DNA of 63,784 nt, the filler included, from Chiloscyllium plagiosum (Eukaryota), in assembly GCF_004010195.1 (NCBI RefSeq). It is 4 parts of one record of this genome, joined end to end, with 100 filler letters (N's around TTAATTAATTAA, not from the genome) between each part and the next. Parts side by side here need not be neighbours in the genome. Positions count along the whole stretch, not along the records: positions 49,563 to 61,663 come from NC_057715.1; 3 more parts are not named here. One strand, given 5' to 3'. The translations under genes and the position numbers were made by a program. The notes beneath the pieces were generated by a model. That model saw only the letters and a program-made list of their open reading frames with translations, searched no databases and had not been told where the DNA came from. This document shows, in pieces, positions 49,803-61,763 of this stretch. Each line of letters opens with the position of its first letter. Position 1 is the first letter of the stretch.

Positions 49803-50933
49803 TGCTCCACATGGGAGACTGGTTAACAAGGTTAGATTTCACGGAATACAGGGAGAACTAGCCACTTGGATACAAAACTGGCTCAAAGGTAGAAGGCAGA
49901 GGGTGAGGCCTGTGACCAGTGGAGTGCCACAAGAATTGATGCTGAATCCTCTACTGTTTGTCATTTATATCAATGATTTGAATGTGATCATAAGAGGTAC
50001 AGTTAGTAAGTTTGCAGATGACACCAAAATTGGAGGTGTAGTGGACAGCGAAGAAAGTTACCTCAGATTACAACAGGATCTTGATCAGATGGGTCAATGG
50101 GCTGAGAAGTAGCATATGGATTTCATTCAGAAAAATGCGAGCTGCTGCATTTTGGGAAAGCAAATCTTAGCAGGATTTACACAATTAATGGTAAGGTCCA
50201 AGGGAGTGTTGCTAAACAAAGAGACCTTGGAGTGCAGGTTCATAGGTCCGTGAAAATGGAGGTAGATAGAATAGTGAAGAAGGCATTTGGTATGCTTTCC
50301 TTTATTGGTCAGATTATTGAGTACTGGAGTTGGGAGGTCATATTGCGGTTGTACAGGATATTGGTTAGCCCACTGTTGAAATATTGTGTGCAATTCTGGT
50401 CTCCTTCCTATTGGAAAGATGTTGTGAAACTTGAAAAGGTTCAGAAAAGATTTACAAGGATGTTGCCAGGGTTGGAGGATTTGAGTTATAGGGAGAGGCT
50501 GAACAGGCTGGGGCTGTTTTCCCTGGAGTGTCGGAGGCTGAGGGGTGACCTTATAGAGGTTTACAAAATTATGAGGGGCATGGATAGGGTAAATAGGCAA
50601 AGTCTTTTCCCTGGGGTTGGGGAGTCAAGAACTAAAGGGCAAAGGTTTAGGATGAGATGGGAAAGACATAAAAGGGAACCAAGGGGCAACTATTTCATGC
50701 AGAGGGTGGTCTGTATATGGAATGACCTGCCAGAAGAAGTGGTGGAGGCTGGTACAATTGCAACATTTAAAAGTCATTTGGATGAGTATGTGAATAGGAA
50801 GGGTTTGGAGGGATATGGGTATGGTGCTGGCAGGTGGAGCTAGATTGGGCTGGGATAACTGCTCGGCATGAACGGGTTGGACCAATGGGTCTGTTTCTGT
50901 ACTGTATGTCTCTATGACTCTATGATTTTATGA
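49803..50933 (+). mobile_element. CR1 LINE RT and 3' end
   Basis: VTSGVPQ, FADDTKIGG, QFWSPSY, RRLRGDL; tail CTATGACTCTATGA. Confidence 0.95.
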
Positions 50934-52869
50934 TGCTTTGCTTGATTTACCATTTCTTGGTTAATCTCTTCCATTTGCTGAATGTTTTTACCTTTGGTTG
51001 CTTGAACTCTAGGCAACTCATCTAAAAAGTTAAAGCCAGCAACATTATAATTGTATCATGCATTCAAGATGTTTCAGCCACAATGTGAAATATTCTTCTT
51101 GTCACCACTATATCAGTGAGGATAGTTTTGTCAAGATTTTAAGCCAAATGTAAAAAGTCAATTGGGAGAAAAAGACAAGTTGGAAGACAAGGCAAGATAA
51201 TTTTAGCCAATTAGCACTTCTACAGTAAAGGATTAACAAGGAGGGAAAGGGCTGTCAGAAAAAATAAAATATTCAAGATCCAGATGGAAGAACAAAAAAA
51301 AGGCAAAAAGCAAAAATCATGGGAAAGATTTTTAAAATAATAGCTCTTTTCTTCCTTCTTTCTCCTCCTGTGCTTTCTTTGCAATAATTGCCCATTGCTC
51401 GGAGCTATGCTTTTCTGTGTTAACAGTCAAGAGATGTATATTCATGTACTGAATAATTTTCTTCACAATTGGCACTAAGCTTGATTTCCAATTAGCAAAC
51501 TGCAGTGTGGAGGAGGGTGTCGGAATTGAAAACGCAGCTGTGAAAAGATTATACAGAGTTTTATCTCACTGAAGATCCATATCTCTAAGGTGGTGACAAT
51601 GGAAAGGAAAATACTTATTGTCAACAACATTTTATAGGTATGTTAATCACAAAATTGAAGCTAACCACAAGATTTCAGTATGATGTCTTCTCTTAACATA
51701 TTAACACAGATAATGGCTTTTGATATGTCATTTTGGAATGACAAAACATAAATTTTGTTTCTGAAAAGTGTTTATAGTACAAATCTAATTGCATGCATGC
51801 ATTAAAATATTAATCTCCAGATTTTACATGTGCTTTACAATAATTATCTTAATCCCTTGAAGGATGGTTGGTTGTTCTCTGATGGATTTGGCTTTTTAAT
51901 AATTTGCTCCTGAGGTCTTCATTTTTCTTTAATCAAAGCAATGTACAATTAACTCATCCTTTTTTTTTACTGAATGTTTAGCCTCCTGTGTGATCCCAAA
52001 TGATAATTTGATATTCAGTAGTTTATTCCCCTAAGCATAATGTAAAAATAAGAACAAATTAATGAATGTTTATCCTATTCTGTCAAGTTATTTTTTAAGA
52101 ATACACTTAATGAGAAAAATTACTGATATTTAACATTATTTCTGTAGGTATTGAGTGTGCTCGACAAAGCGAACAGGTGTCAAAGTATCAGTAACACAGT
52201 GGTGGTGCATTCCAGGGTGAAATCTTGAACCCTTTCCTGTGATGAGTTTGGTGGCAAGGCGCCCATTAAAGGCGCTCTTCCATCCACCACTCGAGGGGGA
52301 GTGTAGAGGACTTCAACATTCAGAGAGCACCGCAAGCAAATTCTCCCCAAACATCCAAACCGCTAACACTCTCTAACACAATTTCTGTCATCACTTACCT
52401 GTACTTAGGTCCCTCCTCAGGCCAACCAATCCTCAGGTAGATTTTGTACCTCTCATAGTGGCCCTGCTGTTTACCGGCCTTAAATTGGCTAGTGGTTTCA
52501 CTGGTTAAGACCTCAAACCCTAGAGTCCTCCATCTAGGGAAGGGCCTGTTATTTGCACATTAAGTGCCTCATTGACACTATTACAGATCTTCTTGCAAAA
52601 AAGGAGATACAGAGTCAGGGTACACTGTCAGGTTCACTCAATCCAGATCCTAGTGTGGAATCTGCATGAGAGTTTAAAAAGTATGATCCTCCCAATTTTC
52701 CGTATATCACTGTTAAGGAATGAGGTTTCAGTGTGCACAACAGCAGTACTTAGATATTTGTAATGTTATAGTTGGGATTTGGAAGTGTTGCATAATCACT
52801 GGGACAGCCATAATGCAATATTATTTGTGGGGGCAAGCTTTGATTAATTTTGTGTCAAGATGGTAAAGA

Positions 52870-53110
52870 GCATAGATGCAAAGCGAAATTACCCAGAAAT
52901 TTTCAAATGGTAGTTTGCAGAGGCTAGACTGCTACAGCAGTTGTGATTCTGCATTGCTGGATATATTTAGAAAACACAAGGACATCAGGTCTCACAAAAT
53001 TAAGCAGCAAAATGCCTGGGAGGAGGTGTCTGTGTGTCAAATTGAAGGGCTGTACACACAGAACTCGGTTGCCTGTTAGAAAGATTTTTGGTGGCTACAT
53101 AAAATCTGCA
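52870..53110 (+). pseudogene. Myb/SANT-like DNA-binding protein relic (PIF/Harbinger-type)
   Basis: KFSNGSL...KQQNAWEEVS...C*K spacing resembles the MSANTD/Harbinger Myb domain; contains an in-frame stop. Confidence 0.4.
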
Positions 53111-56100
53111 AGGGGAGGTCCAAAAACCTTTACAGCCTTTTCAGGCTCAATTTAAAAATAAACACATAACACATTGCACAACATATTCAGCTCCTCTTAT
53201 TATAGGGATGAGTTTCTAATTCTAACAGCATGGAACATTAACTGTCAGGACAGCATATCTAAAATAAACATATTCTCCATACATTATTTTCCAACAAATT
53301 ATAGTAAGTTGAAGTTCTCAAAATCCTATATGAGAAAAAAGTAATCATTTTGAAATTAATTTTCTTTTAAATACCTCATCCCTATCTATCCGTGTAATCT
53401 TCTCCAGCTCTGCAACTTCCTGAAATCTCTGTAGTCCTCCAAGTGTCACCACACCTCCATTGGTAGCCATGCCGTCAGCAGCAAATAGTCTCAATATTTG
53501 AAGTATCCTCCCTAAACCTCTTTGCTTTCATACCTTTTTTCTTCCTTCATGTCATTTCTTAGAGTTCCTTAGGTCACCTGACCTAATATCTTCTCATCTG
53601 GATTTCTTTCCGTCAATACATCTGAAAATGTCCTGTGAATCAACTAGGGCATTTTGACCCTGCTGAAGTTATGCAAAATACATTGAAGGCACTAAATAAG
53701 TTAAATTTATTGTTGTAGTGGTAAGATCTCAGCTGTGGCTTCCTATTATACCCTTCCATTGGGTCAGAGTTATTTAGTCACAGAAAGTGGAGCTTCAGCC
53801 CACCGAGACCATCGCGGCTGGTGTCCTGCAGAAAACACCAATCTATCCAGTTCTACTGCTCTCTGATGTAGTTTTACATGAATGGAATATCTATAGCCAT
53901 GCTCTCTAATTTGGAAATAACTTCCAACTGTTGCCTAGGCCCAAGGCGTCGATCTTGTATGAAAGATAAATTAAAAAAAACAAAAATGTACCTACATCCT
54001 ACATCCTTCTCACAAACATTCCAAATGCTCTATCAATCTTGACCAATGTCAGCTCACCCCCACTATGTAAACCTATTGCCCTCTGCCTACCCTTATGGCC
54101 TCCATGCCATTCTATGCTCCTGTACCCTGATGTCACATATTCCCAATGACAACATTTGCTCCTCTCCTAACTCATTTTCCCCTGCCTTCATCTACTCATG
54201 CTGAGTCAACTCATACCCTTCATTGGCACATATTAGGGGCTATGCTGACATAAAATAAAGTCATGTCTATTGATGGCATCACAACTTCAAAGAAAAAAAT
54301 GGATAAATCTACTGCATTGAAATTCTTTCAACTAACCTCTTATGAAAATGAACATTTCACTCAAACATTTAATTCCTGAGGAAAACAAAAAAAAAAGCAT
54401 ATTCTACAAGCACTTCAAGCTGCTAATTAAGATGTAATTCCCCTTAGGGAAGAAAATTGCTATCCTCACCCTGTCAGGACAACACGTGACTCCAGACCAT
54501 TGACTCAATTGCCTTCTGGAACGGGCAATAAATGTTGACCTAGCCAGTGATGCCATCATCCCATGAAAGCATAATAAAAAAAATCCAAACAAACCCTGGT
54601 TCAGATCTAGTCTAGTGTGCACACAAGCAATTAAATACTGTGAGGATGTCAAAATCCTAATTCAGTATAGGCTGCTATGATTTAAGTGGCCGACTACCTG
54701 TGTAAAATGCATAGTAACAAATCCAGTCTGACTCCTGTCACTTCCCTGATAAAATGGGGGAAAAAGAAAATGTCTCAAGGACTTCTGTTTTTCCCAAGCT
54801 GTATTTTCCAGCCATTTCCACCATTTTGTCATGATGGAGGGGCTCTGTATGGTGATGGAAATCTGGATCTGTGAGTTGAAATGATTTGTTGTGTATTAGG
54901 AAACAGGCATGAGCAGACAGACCACACAACAACTACAGAAAGTTTTGAGACCAATCTGAAGGAACCTCATCACTCTGAAGAATCCCGTACTCGGAGCTGT
55001 CATCTCATTGATTTCAGGCACTGGAGGGATGCACAGAGGGAAGTAATTTTTCTGAAAAAGCACGTAAACCACAGTTTGAGTAAGTGCAATCACTGTCATT
55101 CGTGACAGCAGGAGCACACACAAAATACTTGTACATAATAAATATTTAAAACAATGCTTAAATGGTTCTGTGTCTGCAAAGTGGTTGACTTATTCTTTTG
55201 TGTAAAGCTTTCCCAAAAGGAAGAAAAAGAATGACAGAATTATCCTTATTGGCCATTTGAATGGATAGTAGTTATTTTTGGAGCAATGACGGACTTGGTA
55301 TGCTCTGATGACTGATAGAATGGCAAACATGCATTCAGAGTTCCTGACATGTGGAAAGTGAGGTGCATCTTCAAAGACAACACTGTGTGCTGGAACATAG
55401 TGTGACTTTTATGTGAAGCATACAGCACAACGGAGTCTAAAATCTGCACAAAAGTGTACAAATCTCGTTATCTAGATGTGCAGCCTGAGAAGTTGAATTG
55501 TTTACATGGAACGTATCACTTGATCTGCAATGCATCCCTCACATGTACCCCTGTTCTTCCTCCTGGAAAGCAGCCTTCCCTTGGAAACGTAGGGTTAGTG
55601 CGTTAAATAAAACTGCAAGAAAACAGTTTAAAAATGCACATTAATAATTATCAGTTTCAATATTAGAATAATAAACAACTTGTCAAATAATGCAGATATC
55701 CATTTCAAACTTTAAACATATCAAACCAGAGATTCCAACTTGGAAGTAGAAAATGTCACAAAGACTCCAGAAAATTCCAATTTCAAGGCTGCTTGTTTGG
55801 GATAGAACATGTGTCTGTCTGCCTTAAATATATCAAAACATGGATCAGGAGATAGCCAGAAAATGGAAGGCCAGAACATGAAGTTCCTTGGTCCCAGCCT
55901 GGGTTTGATTTTGGTGGAAAGGAAATGTTTTTTTACTCTCATTTGCCAAACGTGGAGCCTGCCTGGATGTTTAGATTGAATCTTGCTCAGACTCTGAAAC
56001 AGGTTTCTTGTGTTGTCGGTCTAAGTGACACCATTGGCCCTTTCAAAATGCCATTTGAGGCTAGAGCTCCATTTGACTGTTGCTTCTTCTGCAGATTTCA

Positions 56101-57591
56101 TTCTGACAAATGTTCAGTAATATATAAATTCGGAAATGTCCCACATGATCAAATAGGGTCAGTGGGTAGTAAGATAATGAGCTGATGATAGCTGCTTACA
56201 AAATTTTGGGCCCTTTATATCCTTAGTTGATCATCTTCAATGGACACTTCGGATACACCATCATTCTTACACAAAATGCAGCTATACTAACATTTATTTT
56301 ATCATTATAATATCAGTCTCCCATTAATAGAGGCTGAATGCTCTACACCAGGCCACAAGTTACCAGTTAGTGGCCCCAAATTGAAAACCGGAACTCAATT
56401 ATTGAGATCAAGACAATTTATATTTGTTCATTTTAACTACACTCACATCCAAGGATGCATGAACAGCACACTATGCTGCCTCATGAATCTTTCTAAACAG
56501 GAGCAGTACCTTACCATTGCTATGGGTCTAGTGTCTTAACATTAACAATCTCACACCAGGACAGGTAAGCATAATATGGGTTCTATTTTGAACATATTGC
56601 AGGATTACTCAGCAGACAGATTAACTATAAAGATAACTGTTGTTATAATAGAGCACATATGCAACTCCTTTACATTATATACTCCATTCTGGATTGTGCA
56701 ATTTGTGCTGGTGACATGTTCGACATCCTGGTTATTTTCTTATTAGCATCTTCATATTTTAAAGCAATGTCACACCATTCTTCTTTTGTCCAAAGATAGC
56801 ATTAAATCAGTAAGAATAAAAATATTTGTACATTGGAGTAAATGCAAACCTTGTACACCAAAATAAGTATCAGCTTACGAGTTTACAAATGAAAGAATTG
56901 AAGAGTTAAAAGTGTCTGCATCACTTAGGTGGTTTAATGAACTTCCCAAACGCATGATAATATAGTCTTTCCAAGATTTATACTTTTCTCTTCATGTCAA
57001 TGCAATGTCAATGCTAGTTTATGGTAATACTAGACACAAATCACAACCCAGACTTAAGCCTGGTCTGATTGTTCTTAAGTTCAATGTTTGAAGTTGATTA
57101 TGTTGGTGGTTAGTCACTAAAACATATTCACCCAAGGCTGCAAATGTTCTTGTACAGAAGACACAACTTTATTCCTGAAAATCAAACAAAATTATGTAGG
57201 ACAATTTGGAAAGATTTTAATGGAAACAGCAAAACAATATTTCAATCTATTTCCAGTCACTTTCATTCAGATTCTCAAATTCCATAGAAAAAAAAAATCA
57301 CTTCTATCTCAACTCTTTAATTTCATACTTAACTGATTCTGTCCAGTTTTCTTTTTGGACTACTGGTAGCTTTGTAATTTCTTTCCAATTTTTCTGGCCT
57401 GAACTTCCTTTCAGTTCTGATAACTTCGAAAGTTCTACATGAATTTTCGCAGCTTAGAGACTCCAGAAATGTAAATAATCTTGCTCGACACACCATTCTC
57501 CCTAACTGAAAATATAATTCTCTGCTGGGAGGAAATTATTCTCCTGAAGTGAACACTTGATCCTTCTGAACCAAAGTCAAAACCAAAACCG

Positions 57592-58745
57592 AAGAACTGT
57601 GGATGCTGGAAATCTGAAACTGAAAGAGAAATTGCAAGAGAAAGTCATTAATTTTGGCAGCATCCGTGGAGAAAAAGCAGATGCAGTCCAGTGACAATTA
57701 TTTAGAACTGATTATCACTAGCAAAGGGTTTGCAGATAAGCTGAGGACTGGGCAGGGGGAGGGGAAGGAGTAAATGATAGGTGGAGGTGGAGCCCAGAGA
57801 GAGAGAGAGCAGCAATTGGGCAGACAAAGAGATGGGTAATGGTGAGCCAGGAAAAAGAAAATCTATGAATAGGGACCATTAGTGGGTGAGAAGACATTGT
57901 GGTGAAAGCAGCCCATGTGATGACATGGCTTGGTCTGTGGGGATGCAGGCAGGACATAGGAGAAGGTGCTCAGGTCCTATAATTATTGAAATCGACACTA
58001 AGCCCTGAAGGCTGTAATGTTCCCAAGTGGAAAATGAGGTTCTGTTCTTCCAGTTTATGCTGAGCTTCATTGGTGCACTACAGAACACCTGCGACAGAGA
58101 TGTTGGCCAGGGAACATTGTGGTGTGTTGAAGTGTCAGACATTTGGAAGCACAGGGTCACTTTTGCAAACAGAATTTAGGTGCTCTGCAAAGCAGTTGCT
58201 CAGGTTGCATTTTGTTTCCCCAATGTAGAGGAGACCACATTTTGAGTAGCGAATACAATGGTTTGGATTGAGTGAAGCGCAGGTAAATCTCTGCTTCACC
58301 TGGAACATGTGTCAGGAGCCTTGGATTGTGAGGAGGGAGAAGGTAAATGGGTTAGGTGGTACACATTCTGCGATTGCATGGGAAGATACATGGGGGTGTT
58401 TGGAGGTATTGTAGTGAAGGAAGATAGATCAGGGTGTCCCAGAGGGAATGATCCCTGTTGAAGGCCGACAAGGGGGGGGGGTGGTGGGGGAAACCATGTG
58501 GCTGGTGGTGCCATCTTGCTGGAGGTAATGGAAGGTGGCGGGTTTGTAATGATATGGTGGCCAGAAATGGAAACAAAGATATCGAGGAAGGGAAGGGAAG
58601 AGTCGAATATGCTCCAGGCAAAGTTGAGAGGGGTGGAAATTGAAGACAAAAATTATAACTTTTTACCAATTCCAGATGAGAGAGGAAAGCAGCAATAGTG
58701 ATGTCATCAGTTTACCACAGAAAGACCAAGTAGAATTGGAACAAG
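57592..58745 (-). mobile_element. Penelope-like (Neptune-type) element 3' part
   Basis: LNFAWSIFDSSLPFLDI (RT thumb), Cys linker FPCNRRMCTT, GIY-YIG HCIRYSKCGLLYIGETK (~58210-58260), decayed pLTR at 57592-57720. Confidence 0.85.
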
Positions 58746-60874
58746 GAACTAGTGACCTTGATCTGTTATCTCTGAATATTGTAACCTCAACATTTTCAAT
58801 ATCCCATCAATTAATAACACAGGTATCCTGCTAGGCATATAATTATTTCACACACTTCCTTGTAACTGATACATGAAAGTCATAATTATCTTCACAGAAC
58901 TGAAATCAAAATCCTTTGCCTCTACTTTAAAAGCGTATACTTCCAAAAGTGTTAATATGATCTTATACATCTTTATCACAGTATCTTGCATAATACTGGA
59001 GGCCTGATTTTGGAAGATCATTGTGAAAGCAATTCTATATTCTGAGTTTAGCTTTGGCTGTGAATATGTGCAATTGGAGTGCGGAATGTTACATAGTTGT
59101 AAAATTTCCTTGGTTTAACTTTGTTTCTCCTTAATGTCAGCCCATTAGCTGTTGTGAGGTAGGATCTAAGATCACAGCATCCGCTGGAAACACCAGAAGG
59201 TTACTAGGTTCCTGGAGTAGGATGTTTGACTTGACCTTTCTATCTTGCATGCAACTGCATGTTGGTTGTATGCCATCTCTGCTCTCCTTTGCTTTTCAAG
59301 AAGTTTGGCATGTACTTTTGAGACTTTGGACAGGTTATGGTTTAGCAAGTTTGTCCTAACCTGCCTTATGAACAGCACTTACACAGATGATGGTCTGTTG
59401 ATCTGAAGTGTGGCACAGGAATACAGAAATTCTGTTCGTTTCTCCATGCATGTAACAATTAATTCCTCAATAGTGAGAATCATTCACTCAGCAAGTCCAT
59501 TGTGTATTGGATGACATGGCAATGATGTGAGTGTGTATTTGTTGCTTTTCTTTATGCACGTGAATCTGATAATAGCAAAAGCATCAAACTGTTTGACTTC
59601 ATCCACACATTGTTCCACATTCATAACGTTCCACATTCCCTTTCTGCGTGAAAGATTTTCTATTCTGAATTTTCACCCTGATAAGTCTAGCTATTAACCT
59701 GAAAAAAGTCATATTAGACTCAAAACGTTAACTCTGTTTCTCTTTCCCCAGATATGAGCAGACCTGTTTCATTTCTCCAGAATTTTCTGATTTTATTTCA
59801 GATTTACAGCATCCGCGGTATTTTGCCTTTAAACTTGTACATATGTTTACTTATGTGTGGGTCTCTGACACATTCCCTGCTATTGCTGTCAGTATGCTGC
59901 ACTTGGTTATAGTTTTGCTGTGTTTTCTTGTATCCTCTGCTCATACCTGCAAAGCTAAGTTTGCTGCATTGGTCCTTTTACATAAGAAGATTTGCAAAGA
60001 TCTTGAAACATGGACCAACTTCATGGTGTATGTGACATACCGCACTACCCACATGACTAGATCTGCACCCTGACCACTATGACAATGCTGGGATTCAATG
60101 CTTACAGGTGTTATTTATCCACAATGGCTTCATTTCCATCTGCCATATTTTATTAGTGTATCATAAACATTATTTTTCCCAAAAAGATTGTTTTAATAAG
60201 ACTTTGATTGGTATTGAAGCTATAATTAACTCCATTATCTGCTGAGACAACCCAGCCTCTGAAAAAAATACAGCCTTGTCCTTGTCACAGCACCAAATGG
60301 TGAACTGATCAATTGGTACTTGTAGCTGTTGTCTGTAATCATCAGCTCTGAAAAGTGAACCTAGAAGTTTAGTTTTATACAAAGCTATTCCTCCAGCATG
60401 TTCCAAAGCTAAACAGGATCTTTCAATTTTCCTCAGACAGAAGCTAATTGTTTAAACATTGTACACATCTTTTTCAATCCTTCTTTTTAACCATTTGTTA
60501 GTCCGCTTCTGTGATGGACAGCCTAAAAAGTATAATTCCATTCTTTGTTTAAAAAGCCCAAATTAAGATAGAGTTTCTGTGGTTTTCCAGTTCTTAGTAG
60601 GAAATTTGTTGGTCAGCTTTCTGATGTTCCCTGTTCTGATTTTGGTAACTCTTCAAACTTTTTGCATGTTTTACTTTTTCTTTCACATGGAAATGTCATC
60701 CCTGTAACTCACACAGCCTGACTCAAAACCAGTTTGTTATTTGTATGAAGTATGGATCAAGACAGTCTACAAATAGTGTTCATAATGTTCAAACAAGCAT
60801 AATTTGTTCGTGCATTCTGCCTTGAATTGGGATTTCAACACCAATATTTCAACAGTGGCCTAACCAATATCCTG

Positions 60875-61078
60875 AGGAGAAAGTGAGGTCTGCAGATGCT
60901 GGAGATCAGAGCTGAAAATGTGTTGCTGGAAAAGCGCAGCAGGTCAGGCAGCATCCAGGGAACAGGAGAGTCAACGTTTCGTTACTGAAGAAGGGCTTAT
61001 GCCCGAAACGTCGACTCTCCTGTTCCCTGGATGCTGCCTGACCTGCTGCGCTTTTCCAGCAACACATTTTCAGCTCAG
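60875..61078. mobile_element. Palindromic PLE pLTR insertion
   Basis: Arms ~60909-60981 / ~61004-61076 are reverse complements; perfect 14-bp TSD TAACCAATATCCTG at 60861-60874 and 61079-61092. Confidence 0.9.
60981..61016 (+). ncRNA. Minimal type I hammerhead ribozyme motif
   Basis: CTGAAGA-A-GGGC-TTAT-GCCC-GAAACGTC-GAC, intact core with GUC triplet. Confidence 0.78.
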
Positions 61079-61419
61079 TAACCAATATCCTGCACAGTCG
61101 CAAAATGACCTCCCAACTCCTATATTCAATACTCTGATCAATAAAGGATGTCTTGTCTGTGGCTGTTCTTATGGTCCTCAAACTCATATCACTGCCAGCA
61201 TGTTTGGTTCTTTGTTTGCCTAACGCAAACTTATCTATCTGGCTGCAGAATTAGCAAACTAAAAATAGTTTGTTCATTTGAAGATATATTAAAGGATTGC
61301 TCAGCAGGCAGATTCACTTAAATAGCTAGCATCTATTATTACAGCAAAACACAGCAATAACTCGCTCACATTGCACATTGCAAGCTAGATTGTGCAATGG
61401 TTGGGGGTCATGTGTTCCA

Positions 61420-61663
61420 TAGGAGAAAGTGAGGACTGCAGATGCTGGAGATCAAAGCTGAAAATGTGTTGCTGGAAAAGCGCAGCAGGTCAGGCAGCAT
61501 CCAAGGAGCAGGAGAATCGACGTTTCGGGCATGAACCCTTCTTCAGGAATGAGGAGAGTGTGCCAAGCAGGCTAAGATAAAAGGTAGGGAGGAGGGACTT
61601 GGGGGAGGGGCGTTGGAAATGCGATAGGTGGAAGGAGGTTAAGCTGAGGGTGATAGGCTGGAG
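61420..61663 (-). mobile_element. PLE pLTR (same family), runs into gap; hammerhead at 61515-61550
   Basis: Near-identical to 17399-17560; minus strand CTGAAGA-AGGG-TTCATG-CCC-GAAACGTC. Confidence 0.85.
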
Positions 61664-61763
61664 NNNNNNNNNNNNNNNNNNNNNNNNNNNNNNNNNNNNN
61701 NNNNNNNTTAATTAATTAANNNNNNNNNNNNNNNNNNNNNNNNNNNNNNNNNNNNNNNNNNNN

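Larger units (their letters stand above)
60835..61146 (-). mobile_element. Short CR1 fragment (target of a PLE insertion)
   Basis: FIDQSIEYRSWEVILRLCRILV continues across the insertion into RPLLKYW. Confidence 0.8.

Noticed and set aside
54686..60406. Additional host exons (e.g. 55550-55612, 57330-57453 and 59240-59359 on minus; 54900-55042 on plus)
   Set aside because: Some splice-like sites and open frames, but phases do not chain consistently and no protein family was recognised
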